A DNA stretch of 64,000 nucleotides from a candidate division WWE3 bacterium (GCA_016182565.1 JACPGI010000005.1:11005-75004); one strand, 5' to 3'. Shown: positions 18,238 to 28,988, numbered from the stretch's first letter. Notes: generated by a model not told the origin, from the sequence alone. Made by a program: numbers and translations.

Positions 18238-20025
18238 TCATGACCCAGTAAAGGCGCTTAAAATACTCAGGGCGAGTGGTAAAAGCGCTCCAGAGGTCAG
18301 TGCGGCTGTTCGCACAAAGTCATATCCACGTTCCAAGCCTCTACCTTGACCCCCATTCAAGAATCCGGCGATAAAGGCAAAGGGCAGCACCAGACTGAGG
18401 GTTACCCATAGGGTCTGATTTACACCTGGGGCCAGGAATAAAGCGAGAAGCAGAATCACAATCACTGCTACCCAACCCAAACCGTAAGTAATCCAATCGG
18501 CATATTTAAGCATCTTTTCAGAGTCGTAATGCTTAAATGTGGCGTGGCGACGTCTCGTTTCCTGAAAGTCGAAGAATAAGATCGGAACCACAGTAACGAG
18601 CGCGGCAATCGGCAAACCGAGAAGCCCAACCAGCGTTTTGCTTGTAGGGCCAAATAGGTAATTTACCACGTATACTGCCATGATGTTGTTACCCCAAGAC
18701 CACTCCGTAGAATGTAGAAACGGATTAGCCAGAATGGCAAGATAACGATCTCTGTCTGGTACAGGCATTTGGGTGAAGGCTTTCAGGTTAAATTTGGCTT
18801 CGGATAACAAATTAACAATAGAGCCAACACCTAAAGTCAACACAAAATTTATAACCATTGGTGCCCAGATCATCAACGGGCTCGTGGCGCTTTTGTTATC
18901 TATTAAGACACGGACAATCAGGGCAATAAAGATAAAAAACCCAGAGAGTCCAGCAACCCAGTGGCGTGTAAACAACTCGCCCAAAGCAACCAGCAAAACA
19001 ACCCCAATCAAAAACATTTCGAGCTTTCCTAGTGGCTGATCTTTAGACATCAGGCCGCCGGCGCCAAGCTTATAGGTCAGGGAGTTCAATTTATCGATTA
19101 AGGGTTTGACATTCTCGTCCACCACACCTGCTACCGGGGCAACAGTTTGCCCTGCTACAACCCAATCAAAATAAGCTTGGGGAGCAAAACAAACATCTCC
19201 GGTTCCCTGATCCCAATAGGCATACACTTGTTGCTCGTTGTAGTCACGTCCCACTACTTTAGTTACCACATACAGGTTGGACTGTTTTAATTCCCCACAA
19301 TCTGCAGATTCCATGTCAATACTTCCAAATCCCTGATTTCCTATGTAACTGGGGGCAGGTTGAAGCTGATATACCACAGGCAAACCATCCGCAGTACGCT
19401 CCACAGGAGGTCTGTTCAATGGGCTGGCAGAATTGCCAGTCAACCCACTACTGACTGGGGAGTCACCGGGTAATAAATTAAGCAATGTTGGGCCAAAATA
19501 CAACCCTGCCAATAGCAGTACAACCGCAAGAAGTGAAAAACCAACAATTTGAGCGGTACGCCACATGCTTGCCTTTTTCTGCCCTGCATCAAATGCACTT
19601 GCTTCAGCGCTTTGTTTCTGCTTTTTCTCTTTACTTGCACTACGATAAGCCGCCATTGCCTCAGCCTGTGCATCACTAATAGAAACGCCAGCAAGCTTTG
19701 CAAGTTCCGGAGGCATATCAGTAAGATCATCTGCTTCAAGGTCTGGAAAAACCTCCTGAAGCTGGGAAACAGCATCAGCAAATTTTGTACCTTTTCCGTT
19801 CCACTCCATAAGAATCTGGAGGGGATCGAAAGCTGGTTTGTCAGCAGTTGCAGGTTTCACGGGCAATTTGCTAAATGCCCCCAACAGATAATGGGTAACA
19901 GCCGCAGTCAAATCCTTAAGACGCGGGTCACCTTTTGCGTTTGCAATCCACCTTTCCTCTATCTGAGCCAACGTTGCTAAAAACAATGTAGCCCGTTGCT
20001 CATCAGTGTATACAGTTGTAGCCAT
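18238..20025 (-). CDS. Hypothetical polytopic membrane protein encoded in a higher-GC island
   Basis: 595-aa ORF with a soluble N-terminal domain of about 150 aa, one TM, an extracytoplasmic segment of about 150 aa, then 8 or more TM helices. GC looks roughly 50 percent. Confidence 0.55.
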   Translation of the reverse strand: MATTVYTDEQRATLFLATLAQIEERWIANAKGDPRLKDLTAAVTHYLLGAFSKLPVKPATADKPAFDPLQILMEWNGKGTKFADAVSQLQEVFPDLEADDLTDMPPELAKLAGVSISDAQAEAMAAYRSASKEKKQKQSAEASAFDAGQKKASMWRTAQIVGFSLLAVVLLLAGLYFGPTLLNLLPGDSPVSSGLTGNSASPLNRPPVERTADGLPVVYQLQPAPSYIGNQGFGSIDMESADCGELKQSNLYVVTKVVGRDYNEQQVYAYWDQGTGDVCFAPQAYFDWVVAGQTVAPVAGVVDENVKPLIDKLNSLTYKLGAGGLMSKDQPLGKLEMFLIGVVLLVALGELFTRHWVAGLSGFFIFIALIVRVLIDNKSATSPLMIWAPMVINFVLTLGVGSIVNLLSEAKFNLKAFTQMPVPDRDRYLAILANPFLHSTEWSWGNNIMAVYVVNYLFGPTSKTLVGLLGLPIAALVTVVPILFFDFQETRRRHATFKHYDSEKMLKYADWITYGLGWVAVIVILLLALFLAPGVNQTLWVTLSLVLPFAFIAGFLNGGQGRGLERGYDFVRTAALTSGALLPLALSILSAFTGS

Positions 20026-20217
20026 TTTATCCTCTCGATTCTTATTTATAGTCTTACAAAATGTGGTTTTGTTTGTATGATTAGTTCTTCAATGTTGGCC
20101 GAATAATAAACCTAAAATTGTCTCATAGCAAATTAATGCTTTTTTGCAGCTAAAGTCAGAGTATAAGAGTAATTTTTAATAAAAACTGTGCAACAAGATA
20201 ATACTAAATCGGCTCCT

Positions 20218-22521
20218 CTAAACCTGCGGCCACTCATTCACCACAAGTTCTGCCTCATCATCACTTTTCATATACCCCCACAGTTCCTCAGTCACAAACG
20301 GCATAAATGGGTGCAATAACTTCAAACAGTTTTTAAACACGTATCTAAAAATAGATAGAGCAACATCTTTATCTTGCCTATCTTTGATGTGTTCTATATA
20401 AGAAGCTGCAAGTGAATCCCACATGAAGTGATATATTTTATCGCCAGCTTCACCAAACCTATATTTCTCTAGTTCGGTATCAATTTCGCCAACTAGCTTA
20501 TGCAACTCCCCAACAATTTTTCTATCGGCATCATTTCCTCGCGCTAACACAACATCAGAATATTCCGGAACCACTACTCCACTGCTTTCCTCCAACATAA
20601 ACATAAATCTTGTCATATTCCACAATTTATTTGCAAAGTTACGAAAAGCTATAACTTTATCTTTTGGAAAAGCAAAGTCCTTACCATTTGCTGTACCTGA
20701 AATAAGTCCCATCCTCAAAGCATCGGTTCCGTACTGCTCTTGGTACTCTTCCGGGTTTATGACGTTACCAAGACTTTTACTCATCTTTTTGCCGTCCAAT
20801 GCTTTTACAATCCCGTGCAAATATACATCTTTAAACGGGGATTTACCGGTAAGATATATCCCAAACATAATCATCCTTGAAACCCAAAAACGTATTATTT
20901 CCCAACCCGTCTCCAAAACACTTGTAGGATAAAAATAATTAAAATCCTCTGAGTCCGGATAGTGCAAAGTAACAAGAGGCCACTGACCACTACTAAACCA
21001 AGTGTCAAAAGTATCAGTTTCAGGCAAAAAATCCTCGGCAGTACTATCACTAAGTTTTGGATCCTCACTACTTATCACATACTTTGCATTTTTTGGAGCT
21101 ATCAAGGTCTGTAAGCCGTTTTTAATTTCTGCAAAATTATGGTCTTTTAGTAAGTCGCCCAATGTCCCATTTAACACTTTCCCATCAGCGCTCAAAAAAG
21201 ATACAACAAGTTCGGGATTTTCTTTTGCGCTATACCAAACGGGAATTCTGATCCCCCATACAACTTGCCTACTTATTGGCCAGTCACGCATTTCTTCCAT
21301 CCACTGCGTATATGTAACTTCACGCCACTTTGGGTATATTGTAATGTCTCCATTAAGTACAGCATCAAGCGCTGGTTTTTTAAGAGTTTCGACTTTTACA
21401 AACCAGTTAGGAAGAACCATTGGTTCTATGTCTCCTCCTTTGTAGGATACAGAAACGCCGTGCACATATTTTTCATCAATTTTTTCGATAAAGCCTTTGG
21501 CCTGCAAAATTTCTACTGCTTTTTTTCTAGCTTTAGTTACATAAAGGCCAGCAAGCTCTCCAGCTTCAGGGATATTTAAGACTTTTCCACGCATATCTAT
21601 TGCGGTAAGGATTGGTAAGTTGTGCCTTCTTGCTACATCAAAATCATTTTTATCATGGGCCGGGGTAAGTTTTACAACACCAGTTCCAAAAGCAGGATCC
21701 ACAAAGCTATCGGCAATTATATTCATAGTAGCGCCGGTTAATGGATTTGAAACCTGTCTTCCTATAAGCCATTTTTTGGATTCATCACTTGGGTTAACTG
21801 CCAAATGAGTATCGATAAAAATAGGCTCAGGGCGCACAGTAGCACATACCACAAATTCTACTTCACCATCTTTCCTATCAAGAAGAGGATACCTAACATA
21901 ATAAAAGGGGTCATTTCTTTCTTCAGTTTTCACTTCAAGATCAGCAAAAGTCGTACCATCTTTTGGAGAGAAGTTAACTATGTAATTGTCTCGGTAAATG
22001 AGTCCATCATCATGCATTTTTTTGAAAGTTGCATGAACTGTTTTTATGACGTGTGGATCAAGTGTAAAAGTATATCTGGACCAGTCAACACTTGCCCCCA
22101 TTTTTTTAAGCTGATCTTCTATTATTCCTTTATTTTGCTGAACAAATTCCCAAATATTGTTATATAAAGTTTCTCTATCAAAATCAAAACGAGATTTACC
22201 TTGTTTTTTAAGTTCTCTTTCGTAGGTGACCTGCGTTTCAAAACCAGCATGATCAGTGCCAGGAAGCCATAACGCACTATAGCCTTTCATTCTTTTCCAG
22301 CGAATTAAAAGATCTTCTATTGCTACCATGAGTACATTTCCGGTGTGCATTCGCCCACTTGCATTTGGTGGAGGAAGAACAATTGTATATGGAATCTTCT
22401 TTGGATCGCGAGTAGCCATAAAAAGACCTTTTTCTTCCCACATCTTATAAATCTTTGGTTCTATTTCTTTGTGATTAAATTGTTTTGGTAGCTGGGGTGA
22501 CATCTTGTCAGATTTTAACAT
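20218..22521 (-). CDS. valS: Valyl-tRNA synthetase, short form lacking the C-terminal coiled coil
   Basis: PPPNASGRMHTGN (HIGH-type motif), LWLPGTDHAGFETQ, VDWSRYTFTLD, GLIYRDNYIVNFSPKDGTTFADLEV and KMSKSLGNVI all match class I ValRS signatures. Confidence 0.75.
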   Translation of the reverse strand: MLKSDKMSPQLPKQFNHKEIEPKIYKMWEEKGLFMATRDPKKIPYTIVLPPPNASGRMHTGNVLMVAIEDLLIRWKRMKGYSALWLPGTDHAGFETQVTYERELKKQGKSRFDFDRETLYNNIWEFVQQNKGIIEDQLKKMGASVDWSRYTFTLDPHVIKTVHATFKKMHDDGLIYRDNYIVNFSPKDGTTFADLEVKTEERNDPFYYVRYPLLDRKDGEVEFVVCATVRPEPIFIDTHLAVNPSDESKKWLIGRQVSNPLTGATMNIIADSFVDPAFGTGVVKLTPAHDKNDFDVARRHNLPILTAIDMRGKVLNIPEAGELAGLYVTKARKKAVEILQAKGFIEKIDEKYVHGVSVSYKGGDIEPMVLPNWFVKVETLKKPALDAVLNGDITIYPKWREVTYTQWMEEMRDWPISRQVVWGIRIPVWYSAKENPELVVSFLSADGKVLNGTLGDLLKDHNFAEIKNGLQTLIAPKNAKYVISSEDPKLSDSTAEDFLPETDTFDTWFSSGQWPLVTLHYPDSEDFNYFYPTSVLETGWEIIRFWVSRMIMFGIYLTGKSPFKDVYLHGIVKALDGKKMSKSLGNVINPEEYQEQYGTDALRMGLISGTANGKDFAFPKDKVIAFRNFANKLWNMTRFMFMLEESSGVVVPEYSDVVLARGNDADRKIVGELHKLVGEIDTELEKYRFGEAGDKIYHFMWDSLAASYIEHIKDRQDKDVALSIFRYVFKNCLKLLHPFMPFVTEELWGYMKSDDEAELVVNEWPQV

Positions 22522-22577
22522 GTACTAGAGAGAGAATCAGTATTTTAAAGGAATCTAAAGTAGACTAGAATAGATAA

Positions 22578-23930
22578 ATGCCAAATAATAAAAATGCACA
22601 AAATGAAGAAGACGTCGATGAAACACTAAATGAAACGGTTGAAAAGGAACCACCTGAACACAGAGAGGCAAGAAAAGAGATGTTGGACGCATTGGCTGAG
22701 GCGGCAGACATCAAACAGATGCCATGGGAAAGTAAAGAAAATCTTGCTTGGCTTCTTGCGGGATATATACAAAGCAAGCCAGACTTAGCAGATAAAGATC
22801 GCATAGATTTTATCCTAACTAAACCGGAGGGAGAAAGATTACTTTATAAAGATGCTTGGAAAAGCTTTCAAGAAAAAATAGACCAAATTGACCCTAGTGT
22901 TATAAAAGAAAAAATTATGGCGCTTGAGAAAAATCGGGACCTATATATGCAATTAGAAAGGGGGATCCAAAAGAGACAAAGCCAGATTGAAGTGGCAATT
23001 TCCGGTAGATACACCCAGGAAGAATTAGAAGATGCTAAACAACTTGGTGAAATACTTCTGAAGGCTATAATCAAAACCAGACCAACAAAACCTGGGGATG
23101 CTTTAGACGGCAATTTTATTGGTATGGAAATCAATAGAGCTTCTTTAAAAAACAATAGGTTAGTAGCGATAAGTAGTAAGGTTGGGAATATGAGACCTGG
23201 TGATAGGCCACACGAAATAATACTTCCAGAAAACCTACATATATCAAGAAATGATAAAGCAATGGAAATAGGTGATAGAACACTAAGACTAGGGGACACA
23301 ATCAACATTCCAGTATTTGAAAGGCCAATCGACAATAAGACGCCTGCAAAAACCAAGGGGTGGATTTCAATTAAACTTGGGATATCAAATAAAGAGGCAG
23401 AAGCTATAAGACAAAGTTTTATATATAGAAAAAAAGGTGAGGAAGGAAATAAACCAGGAGTTGAATCTCCTGTAGAAAAAGGTAATTCAAAATTGAAAGC
23501 GGCAGAAGAAAATGAGGAACTACCAGTTAACATAGTGGTGAAACAATACTCAGGAACAAACATCGAACAAGAAGAAAAAAATATTCTAAAAGTAGATGGG
23601 CGTATTCCACTTAGTGTAAGGGGCAATGCCGGTACTTACACAATCTTAAAATTGGAGACCTACGAAACTGAAACTGTTTTTAAAAGTGCGGAAGAGCGAG
23701 AAGCTAGAATAGACTCAGTTGCAAAAGAACTTGCCAAAAATATTGCAGAAAACACAGGTGACTTACCCCTTGAAATAATACTTAGACAGATACCAAGGCT
23801 TTGCAGAACCATACCAGACATGGATAACGGAGATATATCCCCAAGAACCCAAAAATATCTAAGAGAACTTGCACCAAGACTTGAAAATGCATTAAGACTA
23901 AAATATACAGGAACTGTCAGACCAAAATAA
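22578..23930 (+). CDS. Hypothetical charged soluble protein
   Basis: 450-aa ORF, K/E-rich, no TM and no recognised motif. Confidence 0.4.
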   Translation: MPNNKNAQNEEDVDETLNETVEKEPPEHREARKEMLDALAEAADIKQMPWESKENLAWLLAGYIQSKPDLADKDRIDFILTKPEGERLLYKDAWKSFQEKIDQIDPSVIKEKIMALEKNRDLYMQLERGIQKRQSQIEVAISGRYTQEELEDAKQLGEILLKAIIKTRPTKPGDALDGNFIGMEINRASLKNNRLVAISSKVGNMRPGDRPHEIILPENLHISRNDKAMEIGDRTLRLGDTINIPVFERPIDNKTPAKTKGWISIKLGISNKEAEAIRQSFIYRKKGEEGNKPGVESPVEKGNSKLKAAEENEELPVNIVVKQYSGTNIEQEEKNILKVDGRIPLSVRGNAGTYTILKLETYETETVFKSAEEREARIDSVAKELAKNIAENTGDLPLEIILRQIPRLCRTIPDMDNGDISPRTQKYLRELAPRLENALRLKYTGTVRPK

Positions 23931-23971
23931 TCCTAGTTAACGCCTTTTCCCCATCGTGATAAACTATACCC

Positions 23972-25219
23972 ATGCTTTACTCCTCAATGCTAGGCAAAAC
24001 TAAAAAAGAAGCTCCAAAAGATGAAGAAAGCATCAGCGCCCAACTTCTTCTGCGTGGTGGTTTTATTCAAAAAGAAATTGCAGGTGTTTATACATTTCTT
24101 CCACTTGGCTACAAAGTTTTACAAAAAATTATCCAAATAATTCGCGAGGAGATGAATGCTATTGGAGGTCAAGAAATGCTTCTTGGCTCTTTACAAGGTA
24201 AAGATATCTGGGAAACCTCCAAAAGATGGGGTGATGAAGAAGTAGATGTGTGGTTTAAAACAAAATTAAAAAATGGTACAGAGCTTGGCCTTGCTTTTTC
24301 TCATGAAGAGCCTTTAGTAAATGTTTTAAGCAAAGAAATAAAGTCTCATAGAGATTTACCACTTTACGCTTACCAATTCCAAAATAAATTTAGAAATGAG
24401 CTTCGCGCCAAAGGGGGTCTTCTTAGAACACGTGAGTTTATCATGAAGGATATGTACTCATTTGATAAGTCGGAAGCAGATTTTGAAATATTTTATGAGA
24501 AAGCAAAACAAGCATATATAAAAGTGTTTAATAGAGTTGGGATTGGCGAAAAAACTTACCTTACTTTTGCGAGTGGTGGAAGTTTTAGTAAGTTTAGTCA
24601 TGAGTTTCAAACTGTGTGTAGTGCAGGTGAAGACACAATTTATGTAAGCAAAGAAAAAAATCTTGCAGTCAACAAAGAAGTTTTTACTGATGAAGTGCTA
24701 CAAGAACTTGGGCTAGATAAAAAGAGTTTGGAAGAAGTAAAAGCCGTAGAAGTGGGGAACATCTTCCCGCTGAAAACTAAATTTTCAGATGCCGGAAATC
24801 TTAAATTCTCAGATAAGAATGGGGAAGAGCAAAAAGTTATCATGGGATGTTATGGAATAGGACCATCCAGGCTTATGGCAACAGTTATAGAGTTATATCA
24901 CGACAACAATGGTATGGTGTGGCCAGAAAATATAGCACCATTTCAAATACATTTGGTGGGATTAAATCTTGAAGATGAAACTACAAATAAATACGCATAT
25001 GAGATTTATAACAAGCTCCTTGAGGCTAAAGTTGATGTGTTGTTTGACAACAGAGTAGATGCAAGTGCAGGACAAAAGTTTGCGGACGCAGATCTAATAG
25101 GAATTCCTACAAGGGTGGTTGTCTCTAAAAAACTTGGACAAGACTTAGAAGTTAAAAAAAGAGGTGAAGAAAGCAGTAAGCAATTAGACATGCGGGGGTT
25201 TCTTGGGCTATTTAAATAA
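23972..25219 (+). CDS. proS: Prolyl-tRNA synthetase, short bacterial type without the INS editing domain
   Basis: The N-terminus (SAQLLLRGGFIQKEIAGVYTFLPLGYKVLQKIIQIIREEMNAIGGQEMLLGSLQ...WETSKRW) and class II motif 2 (FRNELRAKGGLLRTREFIMKDMYSF) align with ProRS. Confidence 0.75.
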   Translation: MLYSSMLGKTKKEAPKDEESISAQLLLRGGFIQKEIAGVYTFLPLGYKVLQKIIQIIREEMNAIGGQEMLLGSLQGKDIWETSKRWGDEEVDVWFKTKLKNGTELGLAFSHEEPLVNVLSKEIKSHRDLPLYAYQFQNKFRNELRAKGGLLRTREFIMKDMYSFDKSEADFEIFYEKAKQAYIKVFNRVGIGEKTYLTFASGGSFSKFSHEFQTVCSAGEDTIYVSKEKNLAVNKEVFTDEVLQELGLDKKSLEEVKAVEVGNIFPLKTKFSDAGNLKFSDKNGEEQKVIMGCYGIGPSRLMATVIELYHDNNGMVWPENIAPFQIHLVGLNLEDETTNKYAYEIYNKLLEAKVDVLFDNRVDASAGQKFADADLIGIPTRVVVSKKLGQDLEVKKRGEESSKQLDMRGFLGLFK

Positions 25220-25250
25220 GAGGTTTCGGTTTAACTACCTATACTCAACA

Positions 25251-26558
25251 TTAAAATGCAGAAAGGGTACTTCTCTTCCAAGTGTCTGTTGCCACACATA
25301 CATACACATAACCAGAATCCCATACTATCTCGCCTTGACTACAACTTTCAGAAGAATTAGCTGGGGTTTTTGAATCTCTTAACCGTACTGTGTCACCATC
25401 TATATCCAGTAGCTCAGTGGGATTTATATCAGGACCTATACCAAGATTACCACCATTTTCTAATACTAAGTCTATAGTACCACCGTCTCCAGCGTAAAAA
25501 CCAAGGCCATCGCCAAAGTTTGTGAAATAACTTTCTACAGCACCTCTAGTTAAAGCTAAACCAGAGTTTCCTTCGGTACTCTCAACTTCTACATAGTTCG
25601 TAGATGTGTCATATATATGTAGTTTTCTACTACTGTCCGGTGTAGCAGTACCAATACCAACATTACCATCTGCAGTGATTGTAAGACGAGAAATGCTGTT
25701 GTTTGTATAAAAATTAAGAGGGTCATCGGATACTGTACCAAACCACCCCCCTGTCGGAGAAACGTATGTACTAAGCCTTCTTGTGCCATCTGTGTGTTCG
25801 ACACCATAACTAGAAGCGGCTGTTTTAACAGTAAGTTTAGTTGCTGGAGAGTCGGTACCAATACCAACGCTTGTTACATCCTCATCAGTAGAGAGGATAT
25901 TGTCGTCGAAACCCCAATAATTGCTGGAATTCAATTTAAATTTATCGCCGTCACTTCCTTTAAAATACAAAGATTTACCATCATTAGTAGTATATAAAAG
26001 ACCAAACATACTGCCATCCTCAGAATCTTCGGGATGCTCTGACTGAGAGTCTAATTGCATGACACCACCAATACTTAAATCCCCATCTTTAGAAAGTTTC
26101 ATAACATCAGTCCCATTAAGAGCGTCTTTTGCTTTGATAAGATATTCAGCAGTATTTCCTGTATTACCAGAAACAACTAGTGGTGTTAGATCGTTTTTAG
26201 TACCACTTATATCAAGTGGGGAAGAAACAAGCTGTCTTTTATCAGTAGTACTTAATACATAGTTACCATAATTTGTAGATAGTGTATTTACCACATTTGA
26301 GGTAGTAGTACCTAAAACATTGCTTGGTAAGTTATTAGAATCTGCCTTAAAGTTATTTTCTATAGAATTATTGGGGCTAAGTGAACTTGAACTATCTAGA
26401 ACATTTAGACCAAACTCTGCTTTCAAAGTTTCAGAGCTAATATTTTTGTCTAAAGAATCTTTATGATTTATATAATCAAAAATCCCCACTACTAAAGTAG
26501 CACAAAATATCCCCAAAAATATACTGATATTTCTTGTGAAGTTGCCCCTACTAAACAT
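25251..26558 (-). CDS. Secreted or surface-anchored Ser/Thr/Gly-rich protein
   Basis: N-terminal signal anchor (ISIFLGIFCATLVVGIF), then about 400 aa rich in S/T/G/N/D with a repetitive beta-rich character; reads as adhesin- or fibre-like, which is speculative. Confidence 0.45.
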   Translation of the reverse strand: MFSRGNFTRNISIFLGIFCATLVVGIFDYINHKDSLDKNISSETLKAEFGLNVLDSSSSLSPNNSIENNFKADSNNLPSNVLGTTTSNVVNTLSTNYGNYVLSTTDKRQLVSSPLDISGTKNDLTPLVVSGNTGNTAEYLIKAKDALNGTDVMKLSKDGDLSIGGVMQLDSQSEHPEDSEDGSMFGLLYTTNDGKSLYFKGSDGDKFKLNSSNYWGFDDNILSTDEDVTSVGIGTDSPATKLTVKTAASSYGVEHTDGTRRLSTYVSPTGGWFGTVSDDPLNFYTNNSISRLTITADGNVGIGTATPDSSRKLHIYDTSTNYVEVESTEGNSGLALTRGAVESYFTNFGDGLGFYAGDGGTIDLVLENGGNLGIGPDINPTELLDIDGDTVRLRDSKTPANSSESCSQGEIVWDSGYVYVCVATDTWKRSTLSAF

Positions 26559-26604
26559 TTTTAAATTATCTATGAGGCAGTGTTAAAAAACAATATACAA
26601 AAGG

Positions 26605-27624
26605 TTAGTCCATAATCCCAAGTGCGGGGTTTGCATCAATTTCTTCTAGTTCAACAGGTTTATTTATAAAATAAGCAGCACTCGCTATATAAACTGCGTT
26701 ATCCGTACAGTATTTCATTGGCGGTATATGCAGACTAACATTAATCCCTCTCACATCTTTCTCAAGTCTCTCTCGTAAATTTATGTTAGCAGCTACACCC
26801 CCACCAATAACCAAAGATTTAACATTATATTTGTTTATAGCTTTTAGAATTTTTGACGACACCACATCCCCAACAGCATTTTCAAACTCTCTAGCAACAC
26901 TTTGGATAAACTCAGTAGATTCACCAGAAAAAGATTTATCCCCTTCAATAAGTCTTTTTACTGCAGTCTTTAGCCCAGAAAAAGAAAAATCAAAATCATC
27001 ATCACGCATTTTTGGACGAGGCAACTTGCCCTCAAAAAGATTCTTCTCACACAAAGCCGCAAGCCCAGATAATTCCGCACCACCAAGATATTTCTTTAGA
27101 CCTAAAAGTCTTGCGGTTTTATCAAAAGCTTCACCAGCAGCGTCATCCAAGGTACCACCTAAATATTTAAAATCCCCATGCCTGTGCATCAAAACAAGAT
27201 CAGTGTGACCCCCACTTATAACAAGCGCTAATGCTGGAAATTCAGGTAACTTAGAGGACTCAACCCAATTTGCATAAATATGGCCTATTAAATGATTCAC
27301 CGGAACTAAGGGTTTTTTATAAATAAAGGCAAGTGACTTAGCCGCCGCCACCCCAACAACCAATGATCCAATAAGTCCTGGGCCAGTAGTTACAGCAAAT
27401 GCATCAATGTCCTCCATCTTTAATTTGGGATTTTTAATTGTCTCCTCAATCACAGGTACAATTGATTCAACTTGTTTTCTCGCAGCAACCTCGGGAATAA
27501 TTCCCCCGGTCTTTTCGTGCAACTCTTTGGAGGTAGCGATGGTAGACGATAGCAACTTGGTACCATCTTCCACAATGGCTGCTGCTGTTTCGTCACAAGA
27601 AGTTTCAATGGCAAAAATTTTCAT
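26605..27624 (-). CDS. tsaD: tRNA N6-adenosine threonylcarbamoyltransferase TsaD (Kae1/Gcp family)
   Basis: MKIFAIETSCDETAAAIVEDG..., HLIGHIYANW and VSGGHTDLV motifs of the Gcp/TsaD family. Confidence 0.9.
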   Translation of the reverse strand: MKIFAIETSCDETAAAIVEDGTKLLSSTIATSKELHEKTGGIIPEVAARKQVESIVPVIEETIKNPKLKMEDIDAFAVTTGPGLIGSLVVGVAAAKSLAFIYKKPLVPVNHLIGHIYANWVESSKLPEFPALALVISGGHTDLVLMHRHGDFKYLGGTLDDAAGEAFDKTARLLGLKKYLGGAELSGLAALCEKNLFEGKLPRPKMRDDDFDFSFSGLKTAVKRLIEGDKSFSGESTEFIQSVAREFENAVGDVVSSKILKAINKYNVKSLVIGGGVAANINLRERLEKDVRGINVSLHIPPMKYCTDNAVYIASAAYFINKPVELEEIDANPALGIMD

Positions 27625-27650
27625 AGGAGAATTATACGCAATTTACAAAT

Positions 27651-28988
27651 CTACTTACCTGTCTCTTCTGTAGGGGCCGGGTTTAAAAGTTCTTCTTTTG
27701 CTGCCTTAAGTGCAGTTTCTGCAGTTATCGGTTCTTGGCTTTCATAAATCAATTTTATAGCTTTTTTTACAACCTCTTCTTGGGCTCTATTTCCCGATCT
27801 TCCTGCCATTTCAGAACTCGCGGCAGTTGGGGCTGACTGCATCAGTGGCCCAAGATATTTATCACCCGAAAGATCGTTGGATAATGAGGTTAGTGCATAA
27901 GGAACCCCAAATGGTCTTACTTTAGACCCTTCCTCAAACAAGGCCTTCTCGGACACGTCTGTTGTCAAATAATTCAGGAATTTCCACGCATCAGCTTTGT
28001 GAGCACTGTTTTTCGGTACAACATACATCCAAAAACTCCCCCAATTTACAGGACTACTTGGTAACGCTTGGGGTACGGGAGCGACTCCGATATCAAGATT
28101 TGGATTTGCAGCTAAAATATCTATAATCTGCCAGCTTGGTATAAAAATCATCGAAACTTGTCCGTTTACAAAAGCGGTACTTGCCTCAGGGAAGTCAGAT
28201 CGCCATACCTTGTGGTCTTTCATCATTGAAATATAAAAAGAGAAGGCATCTTGAGCAGGAATAGAATCCATCCCTTCAGGAAACTTAACACCAGCTTGTG
28301 CCCACATTAAACCAATAATATCGGAAAAGTGAGCAATATTATCAGCATACCCTATGGCGGCACCTGCCCGTACTAGATTTGATTTACGCTCATCGGAAAA
28401 CTTCGTCAAAGAAATTGCCACCCTTCTAAATTCTTCCCATGCCGTAGGGGCGACAACTTGATTGATCTCTGCGAAATGCTCTTTATTGTACACAAGTACA
28501 AGACCATCATAATAAGCGGGAATCGCATAAACCTTGTCGGAAGAAACAGCAGAATAGGAAGCTGATGGGTAAAAAAGCTCAGAGTATTTTTGAGCAGTAA
28601 TCATACTAGTTGGCATAGGTTCAAGATAATTTGAGGCAATAAGTTTTGGAACCCAACTATTATGAACCATCACAATATCCGCCTCCCACTCTTTCTGCTC
28701 GAGTCTTGAAAAAACCCTTTTTTTGTATTCAACCAACCCGTTGAGATTTAAAACGGACATATCTTGATATTTAAGCGCCACATTGGAAACTGTTTTTTTG
28801 TACTCGTTAAGAATAGCGTTGTAAACATAATCCTTTTCCCAAAGTCCCCACATAGTAAGTTCCACAGGTCCGCGATTAGCACCGGTAAGATACTTACCGA
28901 TTACAGGAAGGTCCTGAATTGTACAGGCGGTTAATAAGAAGGGTAAAGTTGTAAGTAAAACAAGTGTCTTAATCTTATACTTTGGCAT
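27651..28988 (-). CDS. ABC transporter extracellular solute-binding lipoprotein, family 1 (sugar-type)
   Basis: Lipobox LLTAC at the N-terminus; size and composition match a periplasmic sugar-binding protein. No permease or ATPase gene is adjacent in the window. Confidence 0.55.
   Translation of the reverse strand: MPKYKIKTLVLLTTLPFLLTACTIQDLPVIGKYLTGANRGPVELTMWGLWEKDYVYNAILNEYKKTVSNVALKYQDMSVLNLNGLVEYKKRVFSRLEQKEWEADIVMVHNSWVPKLIASNYLEPMPTSMITAQKYSELFYPSASYSAVSSDKVYAIPAYYDGLVLVYNKEHFAEINQVVAPTAWEEFRRVAISLTKFSDERKSNLVRAGAAIGYADNIAHFSDIIGLMWAQAGVKFPEGMDSIPAQDAFSFYISMMKDHKVWRSDFPEASTAFVNGQVSMIFIPSWQIIDILAANPNLDIGVAPVPQALPSSPVNWGSFWMYVVPKNSAHKADAWKFLNYLTTDVSEKALFEEGSKVRPFGVPYALTSLSNDLSGDKYLGPLMQSAPTAASSEMAGRSGNRAQEEVVKKAIKLIYESQEPITAETALKAAKEELLNPAPTEETGK

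Noticed and set aside
22565-22804. 79-aa minus-strand ORF overlapping the start of the 450-aa gene
   Set aside because: It is the antisense of a well-formed longer CDS, Ser/Ala-rich, with no ribosome-binding site
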